DNA from: a virus
Direction: 5' to 3' (one strand)
Virus record (IMG/VR): IMGVR_UViG_3300032242_000468
Coordinates: 1-64,000 of that record
DNA: 64,000 nt
The stretch's first letter is position 1; each line of letters opens with the position of its first letter. Shown in pieces: positions 60,525-64,000 of the stretch. Under the pieces are notes generated by a model. That model was not told the origin of the DNA and did not search any database. It saw only the letters and a program-made list of their open reading frames with translations. The position numbers and the translations under genes were made by a program.

Positions 60525-60767
60525 TTAAACAGCACCTTCCTCAGCGGGAGGAGCCGCATACATTACTTTTACAAATTCAAGGTCTTCTTTTTGCTCTTTA
60601 AAGCGAGCTTCGCCGCCTTTTCTCAAGTCATTGAGCATACGTAGGGTAAGCCTTGTTTTACGTAGATCTTTGCTTTTTAGAACCGAAGTATCGTGAAAAG
60701 GATCGTACCTGTCGTTGTCTTCAAGTCCGTGATCTTGATTAAAATAAATGAATTCGTTTAGTAGCAT
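60525..60767 (-). CDS. Small conserved head-module protein
   Basis: 80 aa: MLLNEF...RKTRLTL..LN.LRK...MY. TAAATA lies 5 nt upstream. Confidence 0.65.
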   Translation of the reverse strand: MLLNEFIYFNQDHGLEDNDRYDPFHDTSVLKSKDLRKTRLTLRMLNDLRKGGEARFKEQKEDLEFVKVMYAAPPAEEGAV

Positions 60768-60778
60768 ACTGCTATTTA

Positions 60779-62497
60779 TTATTGAGCGGGCGGTTGAGCA
60801 CCAGGTACTGCCGCTCCCTGTCCTGCTCCGCTTAGATCTGGCTCAGGACCGCCTTCCATACCTTCTGGTGCTTCCCCTGATTGACTCAAATCATCTAGGT
60901 CACTCTGCATGCCATCGGCAGTTACCCCAGCACCTCGAAGTTCGCTGCCTGCTGGTAGAGAATCCTTGCTCATGCCGTTCTCTTCTCTCCACATCTTTTC
61001 GTTTTCTGCTACTTCTTCTGCTGTCAAACCTAAGAAACGTTTGAGTGCAAAGCGTTTGCTGATGTGAGGTACAGCCGCAATAGAACCAAATGTATTAATA
61101 CGCACACCATCCATTTCTGCTTGTCGATAGGCCGCAAAGTTCTGTGGTGGATTAAACTTAAGGTCAAACACATTGGGATCAAAGTTTATCCCTTTATTAC
61201 GCATAAACAGTTTAAATTCTGTATCAAACTGCTCGTTGATTAGACTCTGTAGGCGCTCACAGTACTTGTTGAACCGTAGTTCTTGGATGTAGGCTGTTCC
61301 AACTCTACCATCATTGAAATTAGATCCGCCGTCGTCAGGCCCGGTAGGAAGGTAACTGCTAGGTATGCGTAAAGCCCTAAATAACTTATTAGTAAAATAT
61401 CTAAGATCATCAATTTCTCCTAAATTAGTACCACCAGGTAGGATTTCAACTTTACTACCTCTTCCCTCGGAAGTCTGTGGGAAAAAGTAGTCGTCGTTCA
61501 TACTTAACGGATTATAACTGCTGTCTGTAACAGTTTGTCCTCCGCCAGTGACACTAGGGATACGGCGTTGATTTACTTCGTTTTTAACACGCTCAACGAA
61601 GCTCATAGCCAAATGGCTTGGCATGTTACCAACGTCAATATAGAATACTCTGCGCTCGGGAGCACGTTGTACACGATAGATAATGATAGCATCTTCTAAT
61701 AGTTCTTTTTGTTTGTATACTTTAAAAATTGGTTCTAATAAACTGTTGCCAAAAGGGAAATTATTGTCTAAACCTTCACTCATTGACAGGTGAATTACGT
61801 GTCTAGCATCGATAGCATACTGGTTTTGATTCAATCCAAAGCGACTACCTTGATTAGGTTGTCCACCTTGACCACCTACCATACCCTTCTGTTGAGCACC
61901 AGCGGTAACATAGTTGCTGTTTCCTGGTGTTCCTGATGGATTATTAGGTGCAATTTGAGTAACTGCCAGGGTCATTAGATTGATATTTAGATCACGGATA
62001 ACATACTGTTCAGGCTCTTTACCTGTGCTTTCGTTAACAATAATCTTGTCAACCTTGTTAGGATCAATGTACATCCAAGCCTGTGTTTCTGGATCACGAA
62101 CAAAGAAACTATCGCCATATTTGAAGGCATTTCTAACAATTTTAAAAATTCTGCTGTTGAACTTGTTTAACTTTGTCCACTGCTGTAGATACTTTTTAAT
62201 AATTTTTGTTTCACTAGATGTGGCTTGTTCTTTAAAAAAGATTTCAAACGGTGTTCCGTTCTCGTCGTTCTCTTGTGAGCAGAATTCTGCCAAAATATCA
62301 AGGGCCGCATTGACTTCTGAGTCACCGTCCATGGTATCGTATTGACCGTAACGCTCTAGACGATTTGGATGTCCGGAGTAGACATCAGGTAGGTAAGAAC
62401 TATAATTGGTCTTAGAACCGTGTGGTCGAAGAGCACCGCTTATAAGGCTCATTTGCCCTGACATGTTTACAGGAGTAAAATACTTTTTCCAAGACAT
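60779..62497 (-). CDS. gp20: Portal protein (T4 gp20-like)
   Basis: Y..MD.DSEVNAALDI, LEDAIIIYRVQRAPERRVFYIDVGNMP, DDYFFP..EGRGSKVE.LPGG.NLGEIDD..YF..KLF.AL.IP.S. Confidence 0.97.
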   Translation of the reverse strand: MSWKKYFTPVNMSGQMSLISGALRPHGSKTNYSSYLPDVYSGHPNRLERYGQYDTMDGDSEVNAALDILAEFCSQENDENGTPFEIFFKEQATSSETKIIKKYLQQWTKLNKFNSRIFKIVRNAFKYGDSFFVRDPETQAWMYIDPNKVDKIIVNESTGKEPEQYVIRDLNINLMTLAVTQIAPNNPSGTPGNSNYVTAGAQQKGMVGGQGGQPNQGSRFGLNQNQYAIDARHVIHLSMSEGLDNNFPFGNSLLEPIFKVYKQKELLEDAIIIYRVQRAPERRVFYIDVGNMPSHLAMSFVERVKNEVNQRRIPSVTGGGQTVTDSSYNPLSMNDDYFFPQTSEGRGSKVEILPGGTNLGEIDDLRYFTNKLFRALRIPSSYLPTGPDDGGSNFNDGRVGTAYIQELRFNKYCERLQSLINEQFDTEFKLFMRNKGINFDPNVFDLKFNPPQNFAAYRQAEMDGVRINTFGSIAAVPHISKRFALKRFLGLTAEEVAENEKMWREENGMSKDSLPAGSELRGAGVTADGMQSDLDDLSQSGEAPEGMEGGPEPDLSGAGQGAAVPGAQPPAQ

Positions 62498-62504
62498 AAT
62501 TTAA

Positions 62505-64000
62505 TTAAACGTATAAGTTTCCAGATAGTGATCCAAGTTTAGTAGTTTGAGTCTTGTTCTCATCGAGAGTGGCTTTCATATACTTGACTAGATCAGCAGT
62601 TTGTTTATTTAACGTCTGCATCTCCTTTAACATATTTTCATTTGCGGCCGGAACCGCAGTTTGAGCATCTGATTTTTCTTTTTTATCACCTAGTCCAAAC
62701 AGATTTTTAAAATCATCCCCCATAGTTTTGTCAAACATATCTTTCAATGCTTTAGGATCTTTAATCGCTTCGTCTGCTTTTTTGCCAAGATCACCTACAC
62801 TGGGTAATTTATTCATAAATCCGGGTAGTAATGTATCTGTTAGAGATTTAAACATGTCTGGTTGCATTTGTGTTCTACCAGACTGCTCCATTGAGATTTT
62901 ATCTCGTAATGCAGTAGGGTCTTGCATTTTGTCATCCATCATTAAAGATTTTGGAATAGGAGGTAAATCTTTAAATTTTTTGTTCATTTCATCTAATACT
63001 GCCTGAGAAGCCAATTGAGGATCTTTAGTTCCCGGCTGTGGTTGCATCTTAGGCATAAAATCACTTTGGAATACTTTGCTAAACGATACAAGTGTTTCTT
63101 TGGATAGTGTAATATCCTGCTTTTGATTTTGTGATCCTATCATATCATCAGTTAGCCCTTTGAAGTTGCCGCTGAGATTCTTTGTCATGTCCTGCATGTG
63201 AGATTTCATATCCGGACCTTTATCTTTACCCAAATTCTTCATAGCAGAATTAGATAGTATATCTCCTGCCTGTTTAGAAAAGAATATCTCAGGACCGTTT
63301 TCACCTACTAGATACGGGGTATTAGCATCAGTAGGACCTCCTCCTGCTTTCTTTCCGATTTCTTTTCCTTTGTTCTCTTTCTCTTCCATTTCTTTACGAA
63401 CAGCAGATTCAGTTGGTGCCGACATTTTATCGCCTATTGTTTTTCCTAACAGCCCGCCTAACACAACTCCACCAGCACCGCCAAGCCAAACCCCAATTTC
63501 TGAACCTATACTAGCACCTAATATTGTACCTACCGGACCTGCTAATGAACCAATTATGCCGCCTGCCCAGGCACCAGCAACACCACCTCCGACTGCTCCA
63601 CCGACTGCTCCAGCACCTGCTCCGACTGCCATTCCTGCCGCATTTCCTGCTACAGTACCTTGATTAGACTTATCTTTTACTTCTTGCTCTTTTACTTTTG
63701 CCATTTTGGCATCTACTTCGCCGCTATTTTTTAGTGTGTCTTGTTCTTTTTGTAATTTTGCTTTCTTTTCTTCATTAAGTTTACCTTCAGCATCTAAAAG
63801 ATTTAGAGCCGAATTTTTAACATCAATAGAGGCTTGTTCTTTTTTTCTTATTTCTTCGTATTGCTCTTTGGTAATTTTTCCTGCTTTTAATTGTTCATTG
63901 GCATTATCTATTGCTTCTTTAGATGCTTTAACTTGTTGAGCAGTTTTTTCTTGTTCGGCTTTATTACCGTCTAATGATAAAGCAAGATTTCTTTTTTCTG
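62505..64000 (-). CDS. Tape-measure-like / baseplate hub protein, 3' part (the ORF continues beyond the window)
   Basis: The frame is open upstream of 63704 to the window end (EKRNLALSLDGNKAEQEK...). Contains a coiled coil, a glycine-zipper hydrophobic tract and GGP...PYLVGENGPEIF, typical of tape-measure proteins. Confidence 0.65.
   Translation of the reverse strand, partial: EKRNLALSLDGNKAEQEKTAQQVKASKEAIDNANEQLKAGKITKEQYEEIRKKEQASIDVKNSALNLLDAEGKLNEEKKAKLQKEQDTLKNSGEVDAKMAKVKEQEVKDKSNQGTVAGNAAGMAVGAGAGAVGGAVGGGVAGAWAGGIIGSLAGPVGTILGASIGSEIGVWLGGAGGVVLGGLLGKTIGDKMSAPTESAVRKEMEEKENKGKEIGKKAGGGPTDANTPYLVGENGPEIFFSKQAGDILSNSAMKNLGKDKGPDMKSHMQDMTKNLSGNFKGLTDDMIGSQNQKQDITLSKETLVSFSKVFQSDFMPKMQPQPGTKDPQLASQAVLDEMNKKFKDLPPIPKSLMMDDKMQDPTALRDKISMEQSGRTQMQPDMFKSLTDTLLPGFMNKLPSVGDLGKKADEAIKDPKALKDMFDKTMGDDFKNLFGLGDKKEKSDAQTAVPAANENMLKEMQTLNKQTADLVKYMKATLDENKTQTTKLGSLSGNLYV

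Noticed and set aside
56339-62497. Introns or inteins in the capsid, protease or portal genes
   Set aside because: Lengths and motif spacing are ordinary, and no intein-like termini or frame breaks were seen.
1901-63939. Numerous 60-130-aa ORFs antisense or out-of-frame within long genes (e.g. 1901..2140, 20350..20697, 59998..60297, 63706..63939)
   Set aside because: They are shadows of biased codon usage in the real genes, with no SD, promoter or recognisable motifs.
1-64000. Stop-codon reassignment (alternative genetic code)
   Set aside because: Genes up to 12 kb are uninterrupted in the standard code and coding density is high. No fragmented core genes were seen.

Overview
This 64 kb window is the virion morphogenesis region of a large, AT-rich T4-like myophage. 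Most genes lie on the minus strand. It holds a complete head module (portal, acidic core protein, prohead protease, scaffold, major capsid) and the 3' end of a tape-measure-like gene. Tail sheath, tail tube, neck and tail-completion genes, a dNMP kinase, a NUDIX hydrolase, an HNH-like protein, a HAD hydrolase and two glycosyltransferase-like genes are also present. About 45 kb encodes giant Ser/Thr/Gly-rich fibre or appendage proteins. The most striking observation is that the 4058-aa and 2197-aa proteins carry about 28 tandem alpha-helical repeats. By eye these align with the phycobiliprotein (globin-fold) core, including the bilin-attachment motif C-x-R-D and its spacing to the downstream G-G. 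This suggests virion proteins that may carry bilin chromophores, which is an inference needing structural and biochemical tests. Other notable points: nested and circularly permuted repeat insertions, three paralogous beta-helix scaffolds with different cargo domains, many apparently leaderless late genes (TAAATA-N4-7-ATG), two candidate structured 5' leaders, and apparent avoidance of GCWGC and AGCT. No tRNA, rRNA, CRISPR array, integrase or reverse transcriptase was recognised. All family assignments come from motif recognition by eye, not database searches.
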